A DNA stretch of 64,000 nt. Source: Macrostomum lignano. Its lineage: Eukaryota. The stretch spans positions 117,032 through 181,031 of the forward strand of contig NIVC01001045.1 of NCBI GenBank assembly GCA_002269645.1, given 5' to 3'. Position numbers and translations under genes: made by a program. This document shows positions 37,387 to 50,496 of the stretch, one piece after another (within the stretch, counting starts at the first letter, position 1; every line of letters begins with the position of its first letter). The notes under the pieces were generated by a model that worked only from the letters and a program-made list of their open reading frames with translations, ran no database searches and had not been told where the DNA came from.

Positions 37387-40186
37387 TTAAACAGTAGTGT
37401 ACCTAAGGATGGGATATATCCCCATATCCCCATATTTTTTATTTATAGGAAACAAAAAAAAAGTAAAAAAAATGCAAAATGAAGCAGCTTAGATATAACA
37501 AAATTGCCAAAAATTGGCCTATTTCACTTGTAGATTACTATTAAAATGTTTGAAACAATATTTCCACAAATTTCTAATTCTTAAAATGCCTTAGACAGGA
37601 CAGACGTTTGCTGGCTTTATTCTAAATTTAACAAAGTAAAGTTTTTTTAGCCTAATAAGCATGGTTTTTTATACTTTTTAGATGCATCTTTTGAGCAATA
37701 ATTGCAAAAAACTATTTTATTAGTCTACAATTTTATCCCTAAAATTTATCCCCCCTTTTTTCAAAATCCTAGGTATGTCCCACACTCTAGATCATGTAAT
37801 ATATGCCTGAAAATTTGGGCGTGCATTGGCCTTGCATGCCAAAACTCCTGAGAAAATAGTATGCGTGCATACTTGGCGTGCACTTTATAGAATCACGCTC
37901 AAGAGTTATTGTGAAGTAGAAAAAAGATGAAAAAACTCATTTTTAAGTGCAAATTTCAAGCTTTCCGGTTTTTCAAGCTCGTAAAAGAGCAATTAAACAA
38001 ATCTTTTTGTGTATAAATTTTCTGCTGTAAATAGTATTGCCGAAAAAGCATAAAAAGCAACCAAATTATCTGGTAATAAGGGTCTATTATGCAATTTTAA
38101 AAAGGTATTTTATTGTCACAACGTAAAAAAAGGTCATTTATTGTTGCAACACTGGCATATTTTTGAAAATGGGCATGCACTGTATTTTTTGGCGTGCTTT
38201 TGTAATTATTCAATTTTTGTTCAGGCATGCACCCAGCATGATCTAGACTATGGGTTACGCCACTGCGAGTGCCATTAAATCATAATCCTGATCATGCCTA
38301 CACAAAAATTGAACAAAAACAAATGCATAACTGATGTATTCCAAAAATTTTTGAGTGCATACTAGGACTTTACATTTAAAATAAACAATAAAAACTAAAA
38401 AGCATTTTAATTATTTTAATTAAAACAAATCTAAAGATTATAAATTTTATTATTTAAAATATAAATTTTATAATTTATAATTTTTTGGCTATAACATTTG
38501 ATTTATGGCAAAAAACCAATAAGCTTAAAAATTGTTAAAATACACTATTACAAGTTTAAAAAACCAAAAGCTTGAATTTATGCTTAAAAATAAATTTATT
38601 TAATATTTTTTTCCACTTTATACAAACTTTTCCGTATATATCTAAAGATGTAGGCCTAGTATATACCAGAATTTTTTATGTGCACTTAAAATGTTAGCAT
38701 ATATGGCATGCATTTTATAATATTATGATGCAACTAAAAGAAAGTATGTTGTCAATGTGCATAGTTGCCATATAATATATACAGTGTGCCAATATAGGGA
38801 ATATAATGGATAGACTTTAAGTTATTTGCAGCAATATATTTTTACAATTTGAGGATAAATAAGAGACATGATTTTTCTAGAGGTATAGAGTAGGAAAAAA
38901 GTCTTTAATTGAAAGTATATTATCAGTTTATTAGTAGATACATGTATATATAGGTTTTAATAATTGTTTAGTTTAAATAAAAGCTTATATCATAAAAATT
39001 AAAGCTATAAAAGGTCTTTTATTGTTGCACTTGCAAAAAGGTACTTATTGTTGCACCTATAAAAAAGGGTCTTTTATTGTTGCAACTGTGATTGGTACAA
39101 GCTATCAGTGTGCATTGGTTTGAAGTATTCTAGTATACACTCAGCATGATTTGGACTATAGCTTTTTGGCAGCTATAGCTTTTATATAAAGTTCACACCA
39201 GGTATTATATATACCAAACTTTTGCCAATGCATGCCCAAATGTTTGGGCTTAAATTATTATTAAGGCTTAATATAGGCTTAATATATTTGGGCTTAATAT
39301 GATCTAGAATATATCCATTAAAATATACTATTTGGAAGATTAACATTTTCTTTTCTTTTCTCTTATCCAATGTTTAAACAATAGGTTATCATATTTTTGG
39401 AAATATTATGATAAAAAATTAGAAAATGACATCCTATTATAAATATTTGTCTTGTTGTATCTAAGTTGTATAAAAGGAATAAGCTATCACTTTTATAATA
39501 GCTATAACTTTTCTTTATTTCTTACTTTTAAAAATTCATTTCCTTTTTCAATCAACAAAAAGGTAGTGGATGACAAAATAATTATACTTTAATATATATT
39601 TTATTATATCATTAAATTGTATTATATTGTATTCATGTTGTATTTAAAAAAATATATTTTTTATACATTCTAAGGTAAAAAGTAAAAGTCAAATAAGATT
39701 GAAGTCATTGAATAAAACATATTCAAGTAATCTTTGCTAATTCTATAAATTTAAATCAAAAGACCTGCATCCAATTCCAATTTTTTGGGTTGAGATCCCA
39801 ATCCTATGGGAATCTACTTTTTCTTGAGATCCAAAGATTTCAAGATTAGGATCCTGTCCAACTTCTAATAAAAAGCAGCTATGAATAAAAATATTTAAGA
39901 ACTTTATACAAAAGCAAAAATAGCAATAAAACAATTCATTTGCCAATGCACTTATCAATGTATTAAACAAAGAGGGAATGTCATTAAGGCATTTAATTTG
40001 TTTTAAACAGAATGTCTTGACAATATCATTAGATAAGCATTAAGCATTTGCTTCATATACATATAATGCCCTTGCTTTTGCCCTAAAATGGTCCTCACTA
40101 CCCTCAGTTTACTCAGAATAGTGCCCTTCTAGTGTATATTATTCCTCCCCTTATAGTTAAAATCTCTATTTTATTTTTATCTTATA

Positions 40187-40290
40187 TCCATTATACTAAA
40201 AATGGTCTGTCTGTGTGCGCATGTGTGTATGATCAATTTTAGCAAAAATGGCTCAACCAGTTTTTTCAAACTTGCACTGTTTGATCAGAA
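40187..40290 (+). mobile_element. Solo 5' fragment of the same Helitron family
   Basis: A|TCCATTATACTAAAAATGGTCTGTCTG...AAATGGCTCAACCAGTTTTTTCAAACTTGCACTG, truncated after GATCAGAA. Confidence 0.75.
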
Positions 40291-40797
40291 TCAAATATGC
40301 TATATAACCTCATAGTTAAGGTATCTTATATACTTGTATTATAAATTTTTAATAAAAATGTCTAAAGCCAAAGTCTATGCTTATTTAGTATATATAAAAT
40401 TGACAAATTTATTTTGTCCTTGTACATGAATCAAATTATTTGCTACATTAAATGATAAAATAAATAATATAGTATTCTATTTATATAACTAGAGTTCTCA
40501 TAGATTAGGACTAGTTAGTAGTTAGCAATATAATCTTAGTAAAATTATTATAAATTTGTTTCAATTGAAAACTCTCGACTAGTTAATGAAGACAAAGTCT
40601 TTTCGCCCCAGTGAGCTTTGGGGTTGGAATTTTATAATACCTAGTGTTGTATCGATTATTTAAAGACTTTCAAGGCATTATTAACGCTGATGCTCCTAAT
40701 ATTTTGCGTCGTGTCATACATAAAGTTAGCCTAATAGATAAAGTAGGGCGAGAGTTGTAAAATGTCTCTAACGTCAAATGATTTATAGGAAGGGAAT

Positions 40798-41555
40798 TAG
40801 GGATGTCGATTCCCCAGGGAATTATCTTATCGGGGACCCCGGTGAAAAGAAAAAAATAAGTAAAAACGGCGGATCACTTAGATTGTAAGTGGAATTTTTT
40901 AAACTTTGATTTAAGCTTTGTACTACATGTTCAAGGCGCAGGGGTAAAAATTTTAAACAATGTTTTTTTAAACTGTATTTGACAATGTGGCATCACGAAA
41001 TCGTGCGCGCACCTTTATCGGAAAAGTGCATTTGTTGGAATGCATGCTAACCAGCTACGCTCGTGAGAGGATAATTAATGAATGAGACTGTTTTTATAAT
41101 CGGAATTTTATTTCTTGCATATATATGTAAATCACCATTTTGTCCTTGTCTAATAGGGAGTATATGTATGACACCCGCATGTATAGCGCTGCGCCTGCGT
41201 CAAGCCGTCAACGCAGACCAACACAGCAGTCACTAGTCAGTAAGGCTTCTTTTTCCTGACGGGTTTCTTTTCTACGTGCAATTTGCTTGATTGAATGACT
41301 TATTAGTGAAAAAACAATCAAACGTGTGTTGTGTTTCAAATACATGTAATGCATTGAAATAAGCAATTATGCGGTAAAAGAGCATAGACAGAGTTTCAAT
41401 CAGCTTTCTGTGAATCAGTTTCTTATTTTAATGGCAAAAATTAAGTTACAAATGCATTTTTTCATATTTTTTCTCCCCAGGGTCCCCGGTTAAATTCCCC
41501 GGAGAGTATTCCCCGACAAGCTCCCCGGGGAGCACTCCCGGGGTCAACATCCCTA
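40798..41555. mobile_element. hAT-like non-autonomous element
   Basis: Termini TAGGGATG...CATCCCTA with CCCCGG/CCGGGG subterminal motifs; GAAGGGAA on both flanks (one extra T on the left). Confidence 0.6.
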
Positions 41556-43736
41556 GAAGGGAAACGACGAGCATAAGTTCTGCAACACATATACAAGTAG
41601 CTAAGCATTAATAGACGCACTGCACCGATAAAATGTAATGGAATTGCTCGAATCACCGACACCAAGACCCATAAAACTGGAGAAACTGGCAGGATATAGT
41701 AGATACATGTAGAATCAGAAGTGATCATGGGTGGGTGGGTCAAGTGATCATGGGTTCGACCTCGATTGTATTATTCCTTCTTAATCTTATGCAATTAATT
41801 GTAAATTTGGTATGAAGTAACAGTAATTATCCTTGACCATGCTAGAGTAAAGACAAGTCAAAGTCAAGTTAATAAAAATAGACACACAGTGTAACAATAA
41901 CAATGGTTTTTAGAGCCATTTTTCTTGTCTGTGTTTGTCTTTGTACATACATGTACATTTGGGAAGACTTATCTGGACCCAATCCCTTCTTATTCTACAT
42001 GTACGCTGTTTTGAGTATGGGGGTTAGAGTTGGGCCGTCTGACACCCCCTCCCCCCCCCTACCATAGTGGACTGGAGAGAAAGAAGCACATGCTATCGCT
42101 ATTGGCTAGCCTGTCGTTCTCTTTCTCTTTACCTTCTGTCTTGTGTAGCGTACACTATCCAATGCACAAGGCCCAACTTTCCACTAAAGGAAGGTTCATA
42201 TAGTCCGCCCATGGGCTTCCTCTTGCTTTCGCGTACACTCAAGGCCACTCACTCTCAACACCAGCCACTAGAGGCTTGTTTTAAATAATCGATCGATAAT
42301 ATTAAATGTACACTTGAAAGCTTGCTTTGGATCCTAGCAGAAGGGGGAGAAAGTGGCCAAGGCCACCACACCCCACAAGGCAGGCAGGCCGGCCCGGCCC
42401 GAGTGCGATAACGAATGACAAAAAAATAGAAAAGTACAATTTACACATCAACTTTCAATACAATAAATACAATAATAGGTACGGTATTAATGACAGTGTA
42501 TTTTCGCACAAAGTAGCTACGTTCAAACCACCAGCACGTAAACAGCTAAAATTTCACTGTTTATGAAATTTTATAAAATTTAACACATCATTTTAGATAT
42601 TGAAAACTTTTAAAGGAGGGTACTACTGTTGCATGTGACTATAAAATCGTGGTAGGTATAGCTGATGATGAAACTGGTGATTGGTATCTAGCTTTTTTGA
42701 TAACTTAGCCGGTTAGACCCCGAAATAGCTATTGTAATTTGTAACGCTGGAGCCAAATACAAATACAATGGAGCAATTAGTTTCTCTCAAATCTGTCTCT
42801 GCCAGTGCCAGTTTAGTCCATAGTAAGTAACCAAAGTAAAATACCCATTAGTGGTCCCGTTTCTAATGTTTATAAATATTAAGCTTCAATTTACTTTTGG
42901 CACAGTATGCAATTTTGAAAATTCACCCTAATAACGGTTTGCACCAGCAGGAAAGCAACTATTTTGTTGTTGGAAATCGGATTAAGCAGTCAAAAGAGTG
43001 TATTTCTATGAAAAAAGGTACTTTTTTCCATTTTTTCAAATATTTAAACAGGTTTCGCTCTTTCAATAAAAAAATCATCGCAGTACCTTTAAGTACAGTT
43101 AGTTTGGAATTAAATGACGGCGTTGAATTGTTTCTTCCATATTCCAAAAATTATAATGAGCACTTTTCCTCAAATCAGTTTGAGATCATGATTTTTAGTC
43201 TTTCGTCGATAACTTTCTGATTTCAAATGTTTAAGAATTGAAAACTTCCACACTTGTGTATCTTTGCATTGCGCATCGATTGGTGCATAGTATGTATGCT
43301 TAACTATTAGCAGTATAGAAAAAAATGCAAAAAACTGTAAAAGTACATTTTCAATTTTTGCATTTTTTGCAACCAAAGTGCCAACTTTTTGATACAATTG
43401 AAAAAAACAACCCAATAATGTTATGCATCTTAGTAAGGCGCACCTATAACCCTCGAACATTTTTAGCTCGAGTTTTAATGTGCATGAGGAAATGCACTTT
43501 TGTAAAGACATAATCTTAAGACAAACATTTCAACTGAAGCCTGTTCCTTTTCTCCGCAGTGAATCCATACAAAACTATACTCGTTAAATAGATCAGATTC
43601 TTCTCTTTAAAATGACACCTCACTTGTGAAATTCGCACTTGTAGTTTTGAAGTTACAGCAGTTTTTGTGAGATTTTTCTTGTCATTTTTTCGATGCACAC
43701 GTCTCATATTATTATATTCGTCACAAGCCAGACCAC

Positions 43737-43888
43737 CCAATGCGCGAAGCGCATTGGCTGGCTGTTTGTTCCTCATGCTCGGCACTTTGTGCCTCGCGCG
43801 TTCGCTCCGCTCACCCCACAACCCCAAGGACACGCGCTTCGCGCGTGTCCTTGGGTTTGTGGGTTTCGCGGAGCTCACTGGGAACTAG
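43737..43888. other. Pair of GC-rich perfect hairpins followed by ACTAG (possible rolling-circle element end)
   Basis: CCAATGCGC-GAA-GCGCATTGG and AAGGACACGCGC-TTC-GCGCGTGTCCTT, the second with an extended imperfect stem. Confidence 0.45.
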
Positions 43889-44090
43889 AATGAATGTATA
43901 AAAAGTTAATATCTAATATATTATAGAATTTTGAAAATCAAATATTACTTTGAGTTGCTATAAGTAGTACTAATCAAAGCCTTTGTTTTCATGATTGTTG
44001 CAATACAAATTTTAAAAGATTTCAAATAAGTTGTTTTTAAACATTTGAACTGTATTTAACTGACAACTACCAGTGCTTACAAAACAGGGT

Positions 44091-45644
44091 ATGCCAGGCT
44101 GCTCAGCAGCACCCCTACCAGCCATCATGAGCTGCATCGAGCTGATTCGTCAGCGTAAACGTCGCCCAACACTGGAGCGAATTGCTAAAATCTTAAACTC
44201 TTCTCATTCCACTGGTCGCGTCCAAGAGGCTCTCAATTCGGCTGCAGAAGCCGGTCTAATCCTGCGATATGGCAAGCCAGACGATTATGCCTATGCTATC
44301 GTTCCAAAAAGTTGCAATGAAATTAACAACAAATATTCTAATTTGCTTCTTAACGATTCTACAAAGCTTGATGATGTTGGCGGGAATCCTGCCAGAGCTG
44401 CAACAGTCTGGCGTTGCGTTGATTCTCCCAGGCCGGATCTGGCGGCGGCAGACAATGAAGACACTCGCGACAATGACGATGGCAGCGATTCTTCGCATCG
44501 ATCGTTGGTGTTCGAAGATCTCACAGACTATGCGCCAACCCTTGGCGGCGTCGCGTTTAGACCGGTCACTCCACCATTGACGCCAACTTCTTCATCAAAG
44601 CTTCCTAATTCCCCGATGGCCGCGTCCTCTATTCGGAAGAGAACCGGCACTAAGCCGAAGTCGAAAAACAATACGGGAATCAGAAAATCGAATAATTCCC
44701 AAATTGCGAAGCCGAACTCTTATAAGAAGCGTACGAAACGACGCGATCAAGGCCTATACGATGGATTATCTCATCTGTATCACGCCGATTCTAAACGCGA
44801 TCGAAAGCGCAGCGGCTGTCAGCAACAGTCAGCAGCGTCGAATAATTATTGTCCAACAGTTGGCTTTGATGGCGAAGGAACCCTAGATAGCAGTCGCATG
44901 GCCGACGAAGATTCCTCTCTTGCTTGCGTTGAATCTCCATCCGTTTCCATGTCAAAACAGACTGTTGCAATTGCGGATTTGCCAGATCCAGTTCCGGCTG
45001 AGGATGTTGAACTGTTTCGCTTAGTTACCGCGCCAACTGCTGCCCAGCAACAGGTTGGAGTTGCCGAGTTGAGTAGCGGTTTAGCTCTACCACCTGCTGT
45101 TCAAATTGGTCAGCACCGTATCTCCTGCTGGTACTCGGCACCTTATCCGTCTGAGTACCTGCACCTGGCAGTGCTGCACCTGTGTCCTTTCTGTCTGCAC
45201 TACACTAAGTCTGCAAACGTATTAGCTAGACATCTGCTCAAAACTTGCCAATTACGCCATCCGCCTGGTAACGAAATTTATCGCAGAACCGATTTAAGCG
45301 TATTTGAAGTTGACGGCTCATCTGCTAAAGTCTATTGTCGGAATCTGTGCCTATTAGCCAAGCTGTTTCTCGACCATAAGACTTTGTATTTCGACGTTGA
45401 ACCGTTTCTATTCTACGTGCTGTGCCAACGTCGCCAAGACGGCTGGTATCTGTTGGGCTATTTTTCTAAAGAGAAGCGATCCGCTCAGCGTTACAATTTG
45501 TCTTGCATCATGACTTTGCCTTGCTATCAGCGCAGAGGCTATGGCCGATTCCTAATTGACTTCTCCTATCTGCTGTCGCGTAGGGAACTGCTGCCCGGCA
45601 CGCCCGAGCGACCGCTGTCTGACTTGGGTCGCCTGACTTATCAG
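44091..45644 (+). CDS. KAT6: KAT6/MOZ/enok-like MYST histone acetyltransferase, exon 1
   Basis: N-terminal winged-helix ([16 protein letters not shown]), [10 protein letters not shown] motif, WYSAPYP, C2HC finger [48 protein letters not shown]; donor CAG|gtgagg. Confidence 0.88.
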
Positions 45645-45761
45645 GTGAGGCTTGGATACGAACGATTGGGAGTCTGTCTTTGCTGACTCGTACAGACATG
45701 TTGGTCCGGCGGTACGCTGGTTGCTGTCTGTGTGTCGTTTTGACCTCAGGTCCTTGGTTAT

Positions 45762-46715
45762 GTGTCTGTCGGTCTCGGCTGTCTGTGTCTGTCGGTCTTA
45801 AGTGTATCTGTCTGTCGGTCTTAAGTGTATCTATCTGTCGGTCTTAAGTGTATCTATCTGTCGGTCTTAAGTGTATCTGTCTGTCGGTCTTAAGTGTATC
45901 TATCTGTCGGTCTTAAGTGTATCTATCTGTCGGTCTTAAGTGTATCTGTCTGTCGGTCTTAAGTGTATCTGTCTGTCGGTCTTAAGTGTATCTATCTGTC
46001 GGTCTTAAGTGTATCTATCTGTCGGTCTTAAGTGTATCTATCTGTCGGTCTTAAGTGTATCTGTCTGTCGGTCTTAAGTGTATCTATCTGTCGGTCTTAA
46101 GTGTATCTATCTGTCGGTCTTAAGTGTATCTATCTGTCGGTCTTAAGTGTATCTGTCTGTCGGTCTTAAGTGTATCTGTCTGTCGGTCTTAAGTGTATCT
46201 GTCTGTCGGTCTTAAGTGTATCTATCTGTCGGTCTTAAGTGTATCTATCTGTCGGTCTTAAGTGTATCTATCTGTCGGTCTTAAGTGTATCTGTCTGTCG
46301 GTCTTAAGTGTATCTGTCTGTCGGTCTTAAGTGTATGTGTCTGTCGGTCTTAAGTGTATCTATCTGTCGGTCTTAAGTGTATCTGTCTGTCGGTCTCAGC
46401 TATCTGTGTCTGTCGGTCTGAGCTATCTGTGTCTGTCGGTCTCAGCTATCTGTGTCTGTCGGTCTCAGCTATCTGTGTCTGTCGGTCTCAGCTATCTGTG
46501 TCTGCCGGTCTCAGCTATCTGTGTCTGTCGGTCTCAGCTATCTGTCTGTCGGTCTCAGCTATCTGTCTGTCGGTCTCAGCTGTATGTGTCTGTCGGTCTT
46601 AATCTTAAGTGTATCTGTCTGTCGGTCTCGGCTGTCTGTGTCTGTCGGTCTTAAGTGTATCTGTCTGTCGGTCTCAGCTATCTGTCTGTCGCTCTTAGCT
46701 ATCTGTGTCTGTCTG
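45762..46715. repeat. 23-bp intronic minisatellite (GTCGGTCTTAAGTGTATCTATCT), grading into a CTCAGCTATCT variant
   Basis: About 40 copies inside the MYST intron. Confidence 0.95.
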
Positions 46716-46942
46716 TCTGTGTGTTTGTTTATCTGTCCTTCCTTGCTGTCTTTGTCTGTCAGTCTCAGCTTGTTTATTTTTTGTTTATCTTTGTTGTCCG
46801 TCCTTATGGCTGCCTGTCTGTCTGTCGATCTAGGCTGTGTTTGTATCTCAGTATCTTATTAAACTCTATGAATTTTTTTTTTAATTTTGAAGCCTTTACT
46901 ACAAAAGCATCAATTGTCCTTCCCCTACAAAAACATTGCAAG

Positions 46943-47326
46943 GCCTATTGGACAGACGCAGTGCTAGACTGGCTATCAGCAAAAGTTTTCGGCTCAACTG
47001 ACAAACTGGAATCGGCCTCGTTCATCAGCTGTACAGACTTGAGTAGCATAGAATTCTCAATCTCTGAAATGGCTTATAGCACTGGCATTGAAGCTGACGA
47101 TCTGGCTGGCACTCTGCAGCGTCTGGAATTACTGCAGCTGTCATCTGCTCAGCCGCTGCAGCAGCGTCAACAGCTTCAAGTAGACGCCAGTAAACTACGA
47201 CGCCGCTTGCTAGATCGTCGTCGAGTTCGTCAGGGCAGCGGCGGTGCCGGGGCCGGACGACGTACAGTTGAATTGGCCAAATTGGACGAAGAAGCCCTGC
47301 GTTGGGCACCTGTAGTGATTCGCTGA
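46943..47326 (+). CDS. KAT6: KAT6-like MYST acetyltransferase, exon 2 (end of MYST domain, stop)
   Basis: ttgcaag|GCC TAT TGG, phase 0; AYWTDAVLDWL...SISEMAYSTGIEADDLAGTLQRLELL matches the MYST C-terminal helices. Confidence 0.85.
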   Translation, partial: AYWTDAVLDWLSAKVFGSTDKLESASFISCTDLSSIEFSISEMAYSTGIEADDLAGTLQRLELLQLSSAQPLQQRQQLQVDASKLRRRLLDRRRVRQGSGGAGAGRRTVELAKLDEEALRWAPVVIR

Positions 47327-48197
47327 TTTAATTAGTGATTTAATGTGTAAACATGCAGTTTATTATGCTACTGTTGCTGGGGGGGGGGGTCAGGCTCTCC
47401 AGTCAATTCAGTTGAAAACGTTATTCTGACTTTTCAAATAATCAAATAACCGTGACGGTCACTAGCGCATCACGTGAGTTGCTGAATCGTAAGAGGCGCA
47501 ATAAGTCCAAGAGTCGTTGTGTTAGCGCTTAGCGCTTGGCCCCAGAGTCGCAGACAATAAAATGCCTCAAATAGACTCTTAGGCGAATTGTACCGTGACA
47601 TCTCTTCATTTTAGAGTAACTTCTTTCCTATTTTACCTGTGTTACCTGCAAGAACCTGTTTACCTAAGCCTGTTCAACCCTATCTATTAATGAAATTACC
47701 TAAATAAAACAAAATTAATTTGTCCTTAAAGAAAACTAATCAGTAAACAATAAGAACTGTTTCATGTGTCGATTTTTTCAAATTGCATTTTCGTCTTATA
47801 TCTCAATCAAAATAGTGTATTTTAATCTGATTATTTTTCAACTGTTTATTAGTGCTGTATGTTATTATCCAGCTAACTCGCTTATTTGCTAATAACACTT
47901 ATCGCCTGTGCTATTTGTTCATATTAGTTGCTTCAAATACTACTTTCAGCTTACTCTTTATATTCTGCATTCGTTTTGTTGTTTTGCTTTTAAAAATGTG
48001 TGCTAAGTTCGATCAACAATATTCTTGCTGTCCGCACCGTGCGCTAAGTTTTACCGCTTTTTTGCTTTTTTGCTACTTTTTCTTACGAATATAAGTAGTC
48101 TATAGTTGAAACTATGGAAGATAATTGAAGTAGAAGAAACGCCACACTTAAAAATTCTAACATCTAAATTTATATGTTTTGATGTTAAAGTTTTGAA

Positions 48198-49140
48198 GCG
48201 GAGTTTCGTTTGTCTGGCTGACCTCTCTCCTTACTGCTTTCTCTTTGGTTGAGCTAGATTGGGCCTGCTCCTAGGCTGCGTTTCGTCCGTCTGACTGAAC
48301 TCTCTCCTTACTGCTTTCTCTTTGGTTGAGCTAGATTGGGCCTGCTCCTAGGCTGCGTTTCGTCCGTCTGACTGAACTCTCTCCTTACTGCTTTCTCTTT
48401 GGTTGAGCTAGATTGGGCCTGCTCCTAGGCTGCGTTTCGTCCGTCTGACTGAACTCTCTCCTTACTGCTTTCTCTTTGGTTGAGCTAGATTGGGCCTGCT
48501 CCTAGGCTGCGTTTCGTCCGTCTGACTGAACTCTCTCCTTACTGCTCTCATTGGCTGAGCTAGATTGGGCCTGCTCCTAGGCAGCGTTTCGTCCGTCTGA
48601 CTAAACTCTCTCCTTACTGCTCTCATTGGCTGAGCTAGATTGGGCCTGCTCCTAGGATGCGTTTCGTCCGTCTGACTAAACTCTCTCCTTACTGCTCTCA
48701 TTGGCTGAGCTAGATTGGGCCTGCTCCTAGGATGCGTTTCGTCCGTCTGACTGAACTCTCTCCTTACTGCTCTCTCATTGGCTGAGCTAGATTGGGCCTG
48801 CTCCTAGGATGCGTTTCGTCCGTCTGACTGAACTCTCTCCTTACTGCTCTCTCATTGGCTGAGCTAGATTGGGCCTGCCCCCCCCCCCCTAGGCTGAGTT
48901 TCGTCCAGCTAAGTTGACCTTTCTCCTTACTCTTACTGCTCTCATTGGCTGAGCTAGATTGGGCCTGCCCCCTAGGCGGAGTTTCCTCCGTCTCATTTTA
49001 GCCTCTCTCCTTACTGCTTTCTCATTGGCTGAGCTATATTAGGCCTGCCCCCCCCCTACACTAACGTTCGTCCGGCTAACTTTGACTCTCTCCCCTTTTG
49101 ATCTCTCATTAGCTGAGATACTCAGACCTGCCCCTTAGAC
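48198..49140. repeat. 75-77-bp tandem repeat
   Basis: CTCTCTCCTTACTGC..GAGCTAGATTGGGCCTGCTCCTAGG..GTTTCGTCCGTCTGACTGAA, about 12 copies, degenerating at the 3' end. Confidence 0.93.
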
Positions 49141-49999
49141 TGAGTTGCTTCTGTCTTGCGTTCACTTGTGTAACATCAAGTTAAATGCTTAATCATTCTT
49201 TTGCTCCTGAGGCAACAAGCACCGAGGTTAGTGCAAGAACAGGCCGTTTCTTCTATTTCAGTTGTCAAAAACATGGTTAGAATACGCTTGGTATCTATAT
49301 GCTATTTAACCTATAATACTAACTCTTTGTACTCTTTTTTGAAACTGTACCTTTATCTATAAAACAAAGAGTTCAAGCCGGTCTTTCTTTTATTGTGTTA
49401 TTTTGGCGTCCCGAAATGTTAATTTAAGTCTTTTTCGAGAACAAACCGCTGCTCAGTTCCGGTGCGACCTTTTATATATTTACTTATTTTATGATTTAAA
49501 TTGACAACACACCGTATCATTTAGTGCAATTTGAGTTTGTTCTTTTATTAAAACAAATATCAATAATTTACGGTGTTACTATGCGCGTATTATAACTGGA
49601 ATTTCAGCTCATTTTGTTTAGTGCAGTTTATACAGTTGTCCTTTTGTACAGCGCATTGTTTAGCTGTTATATACCTATAATTCAGTTTTTGCCTTTCTAT
49701 TTTAATCTATTAGTATCCGTCTATTTTTAACAGTTTTAATTTGTTTAATATAATCGTATAAAATTGCTGTCTATTTGTTGGTCTTTTTAAAAGAAAACTT
49801 TTCTTACTCGTATCAATGTGTCTTTTTTAAACAAAAGCTCACTTGTTTAATAATAAACAAAGCAGGGTGGTGTATTATTTAAACTTAATTGTTGTTTATT
49901 TATTTTTACACAATAAAATTTTTATAGATTCAAACAATCAGATAGCTAGCTTATCTCACTTTGCTTGGCTTCGACCATAGACATTTGATTAGGTTTAAT

Positions 50000-50329
50000 A
50001 GTTAGAGGCAGTGTATGCATCCTGGCCATGGATGAAGGCGCACTATGTCTCCATTGTCACACAACCAGCGAGAGGCATTACTGCACATTCCGCCGACTCC
50101 AAAGCAGGCACACATAGCTGAGTATACAGCGGCCCTCACTTTACTTACCGTTAGGCATGTAAACTTCACTGTGCCTTGTGGGTTGGCCCACAAGCTGGGC
50201 GTTAAATGCACGAGCAGAGCCAAGCCAAGATTCCAATTTAGCCCTTTAAATTAATGTGACAGCTCTTGGAATCGAGCCTGGGCCGCTAGTACATCAGAGC
50301 GCCTCGCTAGACCACTAGGCTACGGCCCC
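50000..50329 (-). mobile_element. tRNA-derived SINE-like element
   Basis: Minus strand reads GGGGCCGTAGCCTAGTGGT (A box)...GGCTCGATTCC (B box, 50278-50268), followed by a non-tRNA body; 3' end uncertain. Confidence 0.55.
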
Positions 50330-50496
50330 TTGGTGGTCACAAAACGTAGACGGTCCATCTAGCTGAGCTGCAATAGAAATTTTAAGGTTAGGCGTTGCAC
50401 TGTCTCAGCAATGCAGTAAAAATTTAGCCTAATTGAACCGAAGTGAAACGAAGTGAACAAAGGATTACATCCCCCTTTTCTCCACAATCCAATTGC

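Noticed and set aside
37786-38247. Possible MITE with TCTAGATCATG inverted termini
   Set aside because: Only an 11-bp match and no TSD, which is too weak to call.
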